From Podarcis tiliguerta (lineage: Eukaryota), in NCBI GenBank assembly GCA_965153285.1, contig OZ229120.1: a stretch of 64,000 nt of DNA. One strand, written 5' to 3'. The position numbers and the translations under genes were made by a program. The stretch's first letter is position 1. The number at the start of each line of letters is the position of its first letter. Shown one piece after another: positions 38,233 to 50,727 of the stretch. The notes under the pieces were generated by a model that worked only from the letters and a program-made list of their open reading frames with translations, did not search any database and had not been told where the DNA came from.

Positions 38233-39920
38233 AACAATTTGATATTTCCTTGTAAGTTACTTTCTCATGATAATACCATGTACAGGAGGCAACCATTTTG
38301 CACATCCAATTGATGTGCAGCACGCGTCTCATTTCCAGCCTCAGAATGGGACAAGGCAGGAGCGAAACGAGGGGGGGGGGAGGCAGGGGTGGAATGGGCT
38401 GACCCGTGGCTGCTGGTGCACACAAGGACCCCGGAACGCAACCCCTGCACAAACGGGGAGTTGCCAGTATTTCAGATCCTGCAGAAATGTGTGACTATTA
38501 ATGTTTTTAAAAGTGCTTGTAACAAAATGTTTTACAAGGTAGAAGGGCCAAAGCCCTTTGAAGGAGATGAATCCCTGTTCTTCTAAGTATGTGTGATCAA
38601 TCCTATAACCCCTTAGATAGGAAGAAGTTTCAGTGAACTCAATTGGACTTGATTTTGAGTAAATGTTTTTCGATGACACTGCAAGTATCCAGAGCTCTGG
38701 ACTGATAAATTTGGCTTACGGACTTACTCAAACAAAAACCAGAGTATTTTTCAAATATAAATTGTAGTCATTTTTCATCAAATAAAGTACTGGGTTGTTT
38801 TTGTTTGTGTGTTTTTCACAGAACCCTCTAGCAGCTTTAACTTATACGTTTTCCATGCTCCTCTGGATTCTTTTAAGGAGATTTCCATTTTATTACCCAT
38901 GTTGTCTTGTTATTCAAAGCTTTCTTCTGGTTTTGATTTCCCTTCTAACTATAGAAGATGATTGATAACGTGAGCACAAAATAATGTTTAATAACACCAT
39001 GAAGGAGAAAAGGGTATCTGCCCTAAGAAGATGATTATGTTAATCATCCTGAAGTTGGGGCAATTGCAATCAATGGTCATGAATAACCAAAGTCCATTTA
39101 TTTCATTGTAGAACTATGAAATACAACCCTAGAATTTTTTAGTGTAAAGATGACTAAAGATGACTGTACTTGAGGTTTAGAGGTTTCTGTTTACTCCCCA
39201 AAAGGGTAAACAGAAAGAAATTACAACAAAACTCAAAGTGATCTTAAAATAAAGGTTCCTACATCAAGTATTATGGTATTAGGGAGCACATCCACATTTA
39301 GGCAGCCCTAAACAGAGCTCTTTCTGTTCACTGCCTAACTGGGGGGGGGGGGGGGACTAACAGCATATGCATATATTTTAACCAACATAAGTGAGCAATG
39401 CCAGAGGCAATGTTTAACAGAGACCATGTTGTTACTGCTTCTGAAGTATGCCTAGCTCTATTTTTTCAAGCTACCAGGATCCTTTTGGACAAGACTCATG
39501 ATGATTTTGACCTATGTATCGTGCCTTAAACTTGACTATCTATGTACCATAGATTTCATCATAACTTCTAAAGCCAAGCAAAACTAGCTGCTTGTAAATG
39601 TTGCTCGAGTGCCAAGTAAAAATGGTTGTTCCTCTTCCCTGGAATCCCTTTCCTACTGAGATTACCAAAAGTTGGTTTTAAAATAAAAATGTGTACATAC
39701 TTAATGACCCCAAGCCAAATCTAACCTAGAAGTTCTAGATAGCAATTTATCAATTAGCAATTCTTCCTCCGACACCACACTACCCTCTAGTAGTTGAGTT
39801 AATGCCATACCATTGACTACAGCGCTTTGACCTATTAGATGGGCTATACTTCAAAATAGCTGAAAACTATTATGGGACTGCATTTGTAGCTTGTTGCCCC
39901 AAAATGGAAACCAGCAGCTG

Positions 39921-40246
39921 CATACCCTCCAAGTGTCCCGATTTTCCAGGGACAGTCCTGGAATTATGAAAGCCATACTGGCTGCTGATTTGATCCTGTA
40001 ATGTTCCTATTTCCACTGCCAGTGCCGAGCTCAGGGAGGATGTTAGGGCCCTTGTCCCAAGTGATGGTGGGTTTTCTCAGGGCGGTGGAGGGGGTTGTGC
40101 TGGGTCCCGTTGGTGTAGCGGTGGAGGTGGCACTTGGCCTGATAGAAAATGCTCTGCGAGTAGAAGGGGCAAAATCGGGGGTGGAGGAGGGTCAGTTGGG
40201 GGAAGAGTGAGAAATGTCCCTATTTTCATCTTTGTTAAAGGTTATG
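39921..40246. mobile_element. Non-autonomous DNA-transposon-like element
   Basis: Termini CATACCCT.../...AGGTTATG, subterminal tgtccc/gggaca motifs, CAGCTG on both flanks. Confidence 0.5.
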
Positions 40247-43200
40247 CAGCTGGTTTTATTACCTGAAAAGAATGGGACAATGACAGGGATCAGGCAGCAT
40301 TTAGGTGTTTGCATACAAGAGACCTTTCACTTGTCACACTTAAGTTAATCGTGTTCAGTTTCCACTTGGCCACATTGTCAGCTCTCAGCTATTCTGTCCA
40401 TGGGTGCTGAGATACAACAACACTTTGACTCTCTAAATAGTCCTGAGAAATACTCTGGCAGCCTTGAAGGTAAGAATAACATTCTACAAATCCTAAACAG
40501 AGTGACATACAACTACAATCTCTAACACTGTGTCTGGTGAAAGATCTCACATAGATTTCTTACAGTGCAACACTATACATATATGTTCAGAAGTAAGTCC
40601 CACTGTGTTCAATTGGGAATTGCTGCCTTGATGTTGTTGTTGTTGTTGTTGTTGTCTTTCTAGGCACATTTACTTGGGAGTAATCTTAATGGAACACAGT
40701 GCAGCTTATTTCTGAGAAAGCATGCATAGGGTTGTTCTGTCATTCTCTTTGGTAGGGCCATATTTATCCCTGTACCCAGAAAGCTCCAATGGAATGACTT
40801 TAGGAATAAACTAGACAATTTCCCCCCCCATTAAAAAGCCACCCATGCAAAATCTTATGCTCTTCTAATCGTATCATAGGTTTAGTGTTACCAACATTTA
40901 GTAGAAGTATTTCCGTATGTTGCATATTGAATCATTTACAGTATTAACAAAGAGGTGGGTCATCTTGGTAGTATACTTTGCTATAAAGAACTAATAAGAA
41001 ACCCCATTAATGTATGAGTGTGAGACACACCTGGGAATAACCCCAAGTTATCTCAATGGGATTTACTTTTGAGTAGGCATACATAGGATCACTGTGGTAG
41101 CTGATCACCTTATCACAGACTTTCAGAAATACTTTTGCAGAGTCAATCAGGAATATGCTATATAGATAACTCTAAACAGCTGCAACAGCAATGATAAGAT
41201 GTGGAACTAGAGCAACTAAAGAAAAAAGAACATCTCTGACAGCAATAGGCCACGAACAAGAAACAGAAATAGGAAAATATTCATTTACAATTAGAGACCA
41301 TGATGTTAATATTTATCAGCCCAAGCTGCTATAATGTGCACGGAAGATTTCAAAAGCTTCCCCGGCTCCTGATTAAGACAGTTTATGAACAATCTTTCTT
41401 CTTGAACCAAAGAACTTCTATATATTTCAGCTTAAAATGTACATATGGCAGAAACATATATATATATGTCCAAAATCTTCTAGAGACAGCATGATTGGCA
41501 CTGAGTTAGTTGAGAAAGGAATGTTCCCAGCCGACCACTGAAGCAGAACATGGGTCAGGGTTACCTGCTTTGCGACCTGACACAAAAATACCCAGGGAAC
41601 CACTTCACAGACAATTTCTGAAGCTGTGAGCAATTTTGTAGAGAAAACAAAATCAGTTCCTGCCACTGGGAAAGATTCCTGCCTGAAACTCTGGAGCCAC
41701 GACCACTCAGCGAGCCAGATCTGCCAGTGGTCTCTAGAGGCAGTTCCCTGTGTTTCCATGTGACTCCATTTACTTCAATAAGCAGTTGAAAGTTAAAAAA
41801 CAAACAAATATTTGTGACTGAAATGTACTCCTATGGAAACATAGTTCCCACTCCAGAGTCTGGGCAATGCTGGGTAGAAAGCAACTAAGTCATCTTCCTC
41901 CCACACATAATTCTTAGTTCAAAATGTTGGGTGCTGCTATGTTTTCCTGAAAATGTGGGCAGGGCAGTTGTGTTGCTCAAGGACATAACCAGCATTGTGG
42001 GAAAGTTCCTCCACTGCCATACAGACGCACATACAACTTTTTTAAAAAAGAAAAAAAATTATGCCAGCTCGTCTGAGGAAGAAGCCATTACTTTTACTTA
42101 CAGTTGTAAGTAAAAAGGAGAGACGGGTGACTTGAGAAAGCTGATTAATTGTACAGCCTCCAAGGAGTTAAATTTCTCTAGACACATTCTGCAGCATTTG
42201 ATAAGCTCACCTTGGCCTTCTTGCAGCTTAATTAGCAAAGCATAATTAAGATAACCGATGTAGAGAAGGCCTTGTCTTCTGTGTGTTGGTATTTAATTTG
42301 CAGTACAGCAATCTGTTTGTACATCCACAGTGAGATGCCTCAATAGCCCTCTTTCTCTGCAGCAACATGTTTTAATTATCCATAATATGTGCAGTACAAA
42401 ATGGTGTATAAATATTGACAAATAATTTTCAGAACCACAGCTGAAGGAGAGAATTGCATGATTAATCATTGTGGTTATTTCTGTTTTACTGATGATCTAG
42501 AAGCATCTACTAGAGGTCAGAAAGGAAGTTTCTGCCATGATGATGTCAGAATTCAGTGCTTCCACTAATCAGAAATACCACTTGGCAATTTATAGCTGAT
42601 GGCTGAGTATCAGCATATTTAGTATTTCAGGAAAACATTTCACTGCGATTTCAAGTGGTGTGTGTGTGTTTCTTATAACACATGGGGCGGGACACTGCCC
42701 CACCAACCTCAGTTGGTTCCCAGACACCAGTCAAAGGAGCCCTGGCTGTGAGCTTCCTCCACCTTAGTCTCTGCTTTGCCCTTGTAGAACTAATCAGGGA
42801 AGAGGACGGGGACAAACGAAGGATTGGTTGGCTCCACCAGCCACTGGGTTCTGCTCCACCTACTCTTGGTCTCCCTGCCTTTTTCCACTCTACCATTCCC
42901 AAAGGGCACCAGCCATCGCTGACACTGTGGCCAAAACATTTTGTATTCAGGGCACTTTTGCTTCCAGTACTGTATAAAGGATTGAATAGAATGATAGCAA
43001 AAAGCATCTCAGATGAACATGCAGCTGCCAACCACCCGGCAAGACTGAGCCTGAAGCAGCAAATGACAATCTTGAACATTTTCTATTTTATTCTATACCA
43101 CGTCAGGGCTAAAATAGTCTCAAATTAAGAAGTGAGCATTTCCATCTCAGCCAGTTAAGATTTGACTCTTGTAGCAAATATTATCATTACTGTCAACTGA

Positions 43201-43291
43201 AATGTTTTACTCCAAGTATGAAGTATTTTACTATCCTTGTCATCTTAATTTACCCAATACTGTAATACAGTAGATTTGCAATAGGTTTACC

Positions 43292-43463
43292 CAGTGCTTT
43301 TTTTCTTTAAAAATGTTTAGGGGTACTCTCATTTTGACTCAAGAAAATCATCATTCTATAGTTCAAATCAGAAAAAATAAATACAGTAAATGGACAAAAG
43401 TACAAAGATTCAGAAAATGTTTAGGGGTATGCGTACCCCTGCGCACCCCCAGAAAAAGCACTA
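43292..43463. mobile_element. hAT-type MITE
   Basis: TIRs CAGTGCTTTTT / AAAAAGCACTA and 8-bp TSD GGTTTACC/GGTCTACC. A partial relative lies at 27620-27725. Confidence 0.8.
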
Positions 43464-44599
43464 GGTCTACCATTCACAGGTATATATAGATGAGGAGCTA
43501 AGCTGAGGATGTGTTCACATTACAGCCCTTAAGCACAGCGAATTGGAATTAAGCTGGTTTTAGAAACAATACATCAAATAGCAGTATGTTATAACAAAGT
43601 ACAGGATAGGTAGGCATTTTGGAAAACATCATGTGAACACGTATTTTAAAAGCCAGCACTGGAAACGCAATGAGTGCCTGGTAAATGGGAGTGTGAACAC
43701 AGTCAGAGCGGAAAGACTGTGATGTTCCCAGTGGATATGATGCATTCTGAAAAAGCAATGCCTACCCAAAAGAAATCTTAATAAATTCAGTTTGTTTACT
43801 CCCAGGTAAATAGGGTTAGGATTTCAGCCTAGTTAGTCACACTTACAGTTTAGGCTATAAATAACAGAGTAGGCTGTTATCTATACAGTATCAACAGAAT
43901 TCAGCACTTTTGATACTCATGCCACCATATGATTGAGTTCTATCACACTGACAGCCTGGGAAAAAAGAATCTGTGATGTGACATGTTAGCAATCATGTAT
44001 TGCAGATGCCTCCTTGCTCTTTTTATATCTTTAAGTGTGAGATAAAAATTATTATCTTTCCCCCAACTTATTATTCTATACATTGCTAGCCCACCTCAGC
44101 GGTAACATGCAATTTTCTACTAATCTCTATCCTCCTACCTCTTTTCACTTTTCCTTTTGTTCCCTTATAGTCACAATATTTTTCACTGCTGTTGGATTTT
44201 TGTTAAGGTGTTGTGGATTATTTGTGCAATGTTACCTTGTGTTTTGTACTGGAGCTGCCACTTCCATGCTTCTAGAGCTCATGTTGGTTTGGGAACATCC
44301 ATACAAATAATAAATGAATCATGGGGCTTGGACCAATTATGTGGTTCTTTCCCCTACTTGTATCATTCATCCTTTGAGGTTGGGTGGCATTGACATGGGA
44401 AGGAACCATGGCAGTTGCCTAAGTTATATGGTTCTTCCTTACAGGTACCAGCAGAGTAGTATGAGATACAACCAGGCAGCAGCTGCTCCAGTAACATATT
44501 GTTATAGATTTTTGGGAGGGTCCCCCCTAAACCCTAGGAATGAATAAATGCTAGGATTTGGATTAATTGGGATATCGATTAAAACATAAACTGCAGAGC

Positions 44600-45887
44600 T
44601 GTGGCAGACAGAGAATTCCTGGGCTGGTTTATGCAAACCAACCTGGCCCAGCTATGGCTATCAAGAGAACAATAGAGGGCCATTAACAATACAAGAGAAC
44701 TTCCCTCTTGCCCCCAGGTGTGAACAGAGACTGGGGATTTGGAATGTTGCCAAGGTAACTGTTGGGGTAGTGGTGAGATCCATCTTGGAGAGGGAGGCAG
44801 TAGGATGCCTGGGCTACTGCTTTTTGAACTGACCATGCCATAAGGTCTGGACTCTGTCCATGCTGGCCGAAGGTGTAAATAGGTGAATAAACCGTATTTC
44901 TTAAAGCACAACAGTCTCCACCGTGTCTTCTATTCTCCAAAGGGACACGAACCCTGTGCCCGAGACCCCATGGACCATTGCTACCGCTTGGCAGAGAGAG
45001 GGGCAGGCACCCGACTTTTGTAACACTGGTGTCAGAAGTGGGATCTGTGTTTCCTGGAGAGAAGGCCTAGGAGTGACGTGCACCTGAAGTAAAAAATGGT
45101 GGGAGGAGAACCAACAACCCTAGAGCTGGAGAGAAAACCAGCAGAGACAGAAAAGGCAGTGACACTTTGGCAGCAGGCCATGTTCCTGTGTAGGCAGCTG
45201 GTGCTGGAGGACAAGCAGTGGTGCAGTGAGATCAACCATCTGCGAAAGGAGTGTGTGTGGCACAGTCAAGGAAAGCAAGATGTGACTCCAGATGAGGTGA
45301 GGAAAGCAACAACATTCCTCGAGCAACTCCCCTTGGTGGACCAACAGTGGCGTAAGCATGTGAACAAGCAGTTCAATGAAATAGACCAACTGATAGACCA
45401 TTGCAACGGGATTCTCTTTGGGGAGAAAAGTGTAATGCTGTGCAAGGGGAGCGCCCTGCTGGAAGATGGGAAGTGACCTGGAAGTCCAGCTGCCAGGCAC
45501 CCAAGAGGAAGGGGTTGCCAGAGATGTCAAAATCGGTGGATGGGCAGTTGAAGGGCTCGTGCTGTGGGGAGTTGCAGGCTGTAGGTGAATGCAACGGAGA
45601 AAAGGATAAGCTGGCTGGAGTGGGAGAGCAGTCGGCTCCTGCTGAGTTGGAAGTTGTGCCTGAAGAAATGGGAGAGGAACCCACGCCTGCGAGGAAGGCA
45701 GTGGATGCTAGTTTACCCATGGAAGAGGTGGCAGCTTCCTGTGTGCTCAGGGAGAAGAGGGTGGCTGCTGGTGCCTTTGGGGGTCTTCCATTCTCTAAAG
45801 GGACACAGACCCTGTGTGTGTGCCTGGGACCCAGGGCTCTTGCCACCGCCTGGCAGAGAGAGGGGCAGGCACCCAACTCTGGTGACA
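44600..45887 (+). mobile_element. Internally deleted Gypsy-like LTR element
   Basis: 5' LTR TG...TAACA (about 44600-45025); PBS TGGTGTCAGAAGTGGGAT at 45027-45044; short ORF; then a diverged copy of the LTR's last ~100 bp (about 45783-45887). Confidence 0.75.
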
Positions 45888-48317
45888 ATATGAATTGCCC
45901 ATAGTATCTCCTCCCTGCTGTGTCCTTTTTGTCCAATGCTGATGCTTCAGAGGAAGGAAATAACATCTGAAACCACAGGGGACAGAACCCGATTCCTTTA
46001 GGCTCACTTAAGCACAAAACCTGTTGCCCAGTAAAATCTGTCTTTATAAGAACCTATCATTAAAAGCTAATGGTCCATCTTGCCCAGTAATATCAACCCT
46101 GACTGAGAGCAGCTTGCCAGCATCCCAGGCAGAGGTCCCAGTCACATGAGCTAGGTTTATTTAGCTGGAACAAAGAATGTGCACTGACACTGAGCAATGC
46201 TCATTCTCTCATAAATGATATTCTTTCTTTGAGGGTTCAAAATAAAGTGAGGGTACAAAGGAATAAAAAACCCACACAAATAAATTGAAACTATGCTGGT
46301 TAAGAATTGGTGCAACACTTTCCTTTGATATGGTGAAACAGTGGCTATGAAAATAAACTTTTAAGTTGGTTCTAAGCCAACAATTTGGCAAGAAAGGGCA
46401 TGTAAAGCTACTATACACAAGCAAAAATTTTAACAGAGGTGAGCCACAGAGGGCCTGAGATGCTGTGAGCTATTAGTAAGCTTATAACAGATAAGTTCAT
46501 TACTGTCAAAAGAATGTTAGTATGACTAGATGAAATGGGTAGTACCAAATAGTGACTGTGTATAATACAGTATGCAATTAAAATACTCCCCCAAAGAACC
46601 GTAGTTTCCCCCTCAGAGAGCTCCCACTCCCAGCACCGTCAATAAACTACAGCTCCCAGGTTACTTTGGGAAAGCCATGTACTTCAAACACAAGACATGT
46701 ATGCAGCCGAAGAGGATGGCAGCAGAACCTGAGACACAACCAATCAGCTGCCGAGAAACTTACAGGAATTCAATCACTGTCAAACTGGCAAATGGCAAAG
46801 TTATTCAGGGTCTGCTGGAATACATAAGCAAAAACATTTGGAGCGAGCCTCATATCTAACGTTAAATCATGCCTCATATGCAGTGTAAAGAATCTCAGTG
46901 GCAGTTTAAGAACACAGTTACTAAAACTGGATTTTTACATAGTTAGGGCTCTGAATTGTAAGAACGCCCTGTTTGGAGAATCTCCTGAACACTAAAAAGA
47001 GAAAACTTATACCTTAAGTGGTTTGTATTCCTAGCCCCAGCTTCTTAGTACTGGAAGAGTTTCGGCAGATTGTTAGATGGCCCAACAAACAAAACCAAAC
47101 TTCTTTGTTCTGCAGACCAAGAAATTGCTGTGGCTGATGCTGCAACTCAAGAGCTGCCTCTCAAGAGCTACTCTGTATATCTGATGGGTGGCATATCAAC
47201 ACTATGCAGAGGGATCAAATTAGTTCACAGAACCCAGCTAAAATGTATAGCTTTGGAAAGGTCTTTTGAGATTTTTGAGTTTCCCATGGGAGTGCTAGCT
47301 CGGCCTTCTTCATCTGCTTATGAGTAATATAATCACATGTGATATAATCACAGATTCTTCTCCTGGAAATACCTTTTTTGTTTTGGAGCTTCCTATGGGA
47401 GAAATTAACTCAACCCCATTCACTGAAGACTAAATACATGTAACCGAAACAACTGTATATTTTCTCCCTGTTTATGCTTGTTTTCACAGCCCTTTCCTTC
47501 CTCTCTGGTCTCTGCTGTATCTTGCTTTCTCATTCTTTGAAAAGCACCATGTACATAAATTACATAATCATCACCTAAAGCACTTAATATCCCATGTTAA
47601 GTTTTTTCACATTCTAGGGTTGGGCAGGGGTAGGTTATAGTTCATTTCCTTGTTCTAATTCATGTGAATGAATGCAAATTTTAAATTGCCTAGTAAATCA
47701 TTGTTGACTGAGGGAGGAAAGGTGAAGTGAATGTGAGGCATCTGATCAAGGCATGTATTTTAAAATGAGCTTAAAAATATGTTTGTATGTTTCATGCCAG
47801 GCAGAAAAGCAGCTGGCTAAGTACTTTGGCAGTTGTTTATCCTCTTGAACAGGGCCCCCTGATTTATAATAGTACCTCAAAGTTGTAAAAGGAAATTACA
47901 GGCTAGGGAGCAAAGGTTATATTGACCCCTACATATTACAGAATACAATCAAGCTGCAAAAACACTAATTAAGAGTTGGTAAATAGTTTACCATGTACCT
48001 CCCATCAGCCACATTTTCCTAAGGTTAAAGGGCAAGAGCTAATAGGAACAGCAGCTGGCTGGGAAAGGGGGGTGTAAAATGAAGAGGTTTTTCTCTTTAC
48101 TGAGTTTCTCAGGCAAAGGCCTTTCTTCCAAAAAATCTATCTATGTTTTGTATGAAATATATTGGCTTTAATGATGCAAAGGATGTAGAAAGTAAGAAAT
48201 GTTAGATTCTTATGTTAGATACTTCTTTCATTGATGGTGTGTGAGAAGGTGAACTCATGATCTCTGTTTAAGATAGAATTTAAAAACCATGAGCCATCTG
48301 TTTTAGCCATTTGCCCC

Positions 48318-48738
48318 TGTTGCCAAAAGGGCAATAGGGCAATAGGGCAAAAGGTGATCTGGTAATTAAGGTGCCTTGTCGAGGCAAATGTAAGATATAT
48401 GGCTACTTGTCTGCCATTTATGAATAGAAGGAAATATAGCTCTTTGTCTCCCATAAAAGGTAATAGGAAATGGGTGTATCTTTTATGATTGGTTCTAGCA
48501 AACAGTCAATAGGAATTTCAACCAGGCTGATTGGACAGAGGCAACCAAAGGAGGAGTAAGGGGGCTGGGCTGAGGAAATATAAGTGCTGGCCATCAGGGC
48601 TGGGGGTGCAGAGCTTTGGTAACCATATACCACTGTGCCTATCATTTATTTGTCTGACAAATAAATTATTTTAATTTCTCTATTGCTGCGTTGAATATTT
48701 CATTCCAGCTAAGCGTTAACCACAAGCAGGGTGCTACA
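48318..48738 (+). mobile_element. Possible solo LTR
   Basis: TGT...ACA ends with ATTGG, TATAAG and AATAAA in LTR-like order; no TSD found. Confidence 0.35.
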
Positions 48739-49322
48739 AATGCCTGATGCAATCAACAAAATTATTGTCAGGGAAGTTAAAATGCTTATTCATTTTCTAC
48801 AAATCCATTTGTAATACCTATGCAAATGAGGAAACCATTGTTTGGATGGGTAAGGTGTACAGTGATTTACTGCTGGAGGTTCCACATACCTTCCCACAGC
48901 AGGGCTTGAATCACACATAAGAGCCCTGCTGGTTCAGGCTGAAGGCCTATCGAGTCCAGCATTCTGTTCTGCAAGCATGACCTGCGCACCGCAGCACTCT
49001 CCCCACCTGGGATTCCCAGCACCTGGTATCCCTAGCTCAGTACAGAAGTAACTGCAGCATTATTTTGGTGTTAAATTGCTGCTAAGACGTCTAGCAATAC
49101 TTAACTGCTTTCCCCCCTAAGATGGTCAAAAAAGACACTGTGAAGGAAAATACAAAAACGTCCATTCTGAAAGCGTTGGAGAGAGTGTGCTTTTCAAAGG
49201 TAGCATCTTCCATCATTCATATTCTTCAATATTTCCAAAATAAATGCTACGGAATAACAGAACAGCCAGCCACTATTTTTCTTCTTAGAGTGAAACCAGC
49301 ATTGAAATAAAGTATGAAGATT

Positions 49323-50727
49323 TTGCTGGCATATCAATATGCCAGCAAGTTTGGAAAACTCAGCAGTGGCCAGAGGATTGGAGAAGATCAGTCTACATCC
49401 CAATCCCAAAGAAGGGCAGTGCCAAAGAATGCTCCAACTACCGCACAATTGCACTCCTTTCACACGCTAGCAAGGTTATGCTTAAAATTCTACAAGGCAG
49501 GCTTAAGCAGTATGTGGTCCGAGAACTCCCAGAAGTGCAAGCTGGATTTAGAAGAGGCAGAGGAATCAGAGACCAAATTGCAAACATGCGCTGGATTATG
49601 GAGAAAGCTAGAGAGTTCCAGAAAGACATCTACTTCTGCTTCATTGACTATGCAAAAGCCTTTGACTGTGTCGACCACAGCAAACTATGGCAAGTTCTTA
49701 AAGAAATGGGAGTGCCTGATCACCTCATCTGTCTCCTGAGAAATCTGTATGTGGGACAAGAAGCTACAGTTAGAACTGGATATGGGACAACTGATTGGTT
49801 CAAAATTGGGAAAGGAGTACCACAAGGCTGTATTCTGTCTCCCTGCTTATTTAACTTATATGCAGAATTCATCATGCGAAAGGCTGGGCTGGATGAATCC
49901 CTAGCTGGAATTAAGATTGCTGGAAGAAATATCAACAACCTCAGATATGCAGATGACACAACCTTGATGGCAGAAAGTGAGGAGGAATTAAAGAACCTTT
50001 TATTGGGGGTGAAAGAGGAGAGCGCAAAATATGGTCTGAAGCTCAACATCAAAAAAACGAAGATCATGGCCACTGGTCCCATCACCTCCTGGCAAATAGA
50101 AGGGGAAGAAATGGAGGCAGTGAGAGATTTTACTTTCTTGGGCTCCATGATCACTGCAGATGGTGACAGCAGCCACGAAATTAAGAGACGCCTGCTTCTT
50201 GGGAGGAAAGCAATGACAAACCTAGACAGCATTTTAAAAAGTAGAGACATCACCTTGCCAACAAAGGTCCGTATAGTAAAAGTTATGGTTTTCCCAGTAG
50301 TGATGTATGGAAGTGAGAGCTGGACCATAAAGAAGGCTGATCGCCGAAGAATTGATGCTTTTGAATTCTGGTGCTGGAGGAGACTCTTGAGAGTCCCATG
50401 GACTGCAAGAAGATCAAACGCATCCATTCTTAAGGAAATCAGCCCTGAGTACTCACTGGAAGGACAGACCGTGAAGGTGAAGCTCCAATACTTTGGCCAC
50501 CTCATGAGAAGAGAAGACTCCCTGGAAAAGACCCTGATGCTGGGAAAGATGGAGGGCACAAGGAGAAGGGGACAACAGAGGACGAGATGGTTAGACAGTG
50601 TTCTCGAAGCTACAAACATGAGTCTGACCAAACTGCGGGTGGCAGTGGAAGACAGGAGTGCCTGGCGTGCTCTGGTCCATGGGGTCACGAAGAGTCGGAC
50701 ACGACTGAACGACTAAACAACAACAAC
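49323..50727 (+). mobile_element. 5'-truncated BovB (RTE) LINE with open RT frame
   Basis: 412-aa ORF with NLRYADDTTL and WRALVHGVTKSRTRLND; (CAA)n tail; 28-bp flanking duplication. Confidence 0.96.

Noticed and set aside
39341-39356. 16-nt poly-G run as a functional G-quadruplex
   Set aside because: Isolated intronic homopolymer with no supporting context; its length is unreliable in assemblies.
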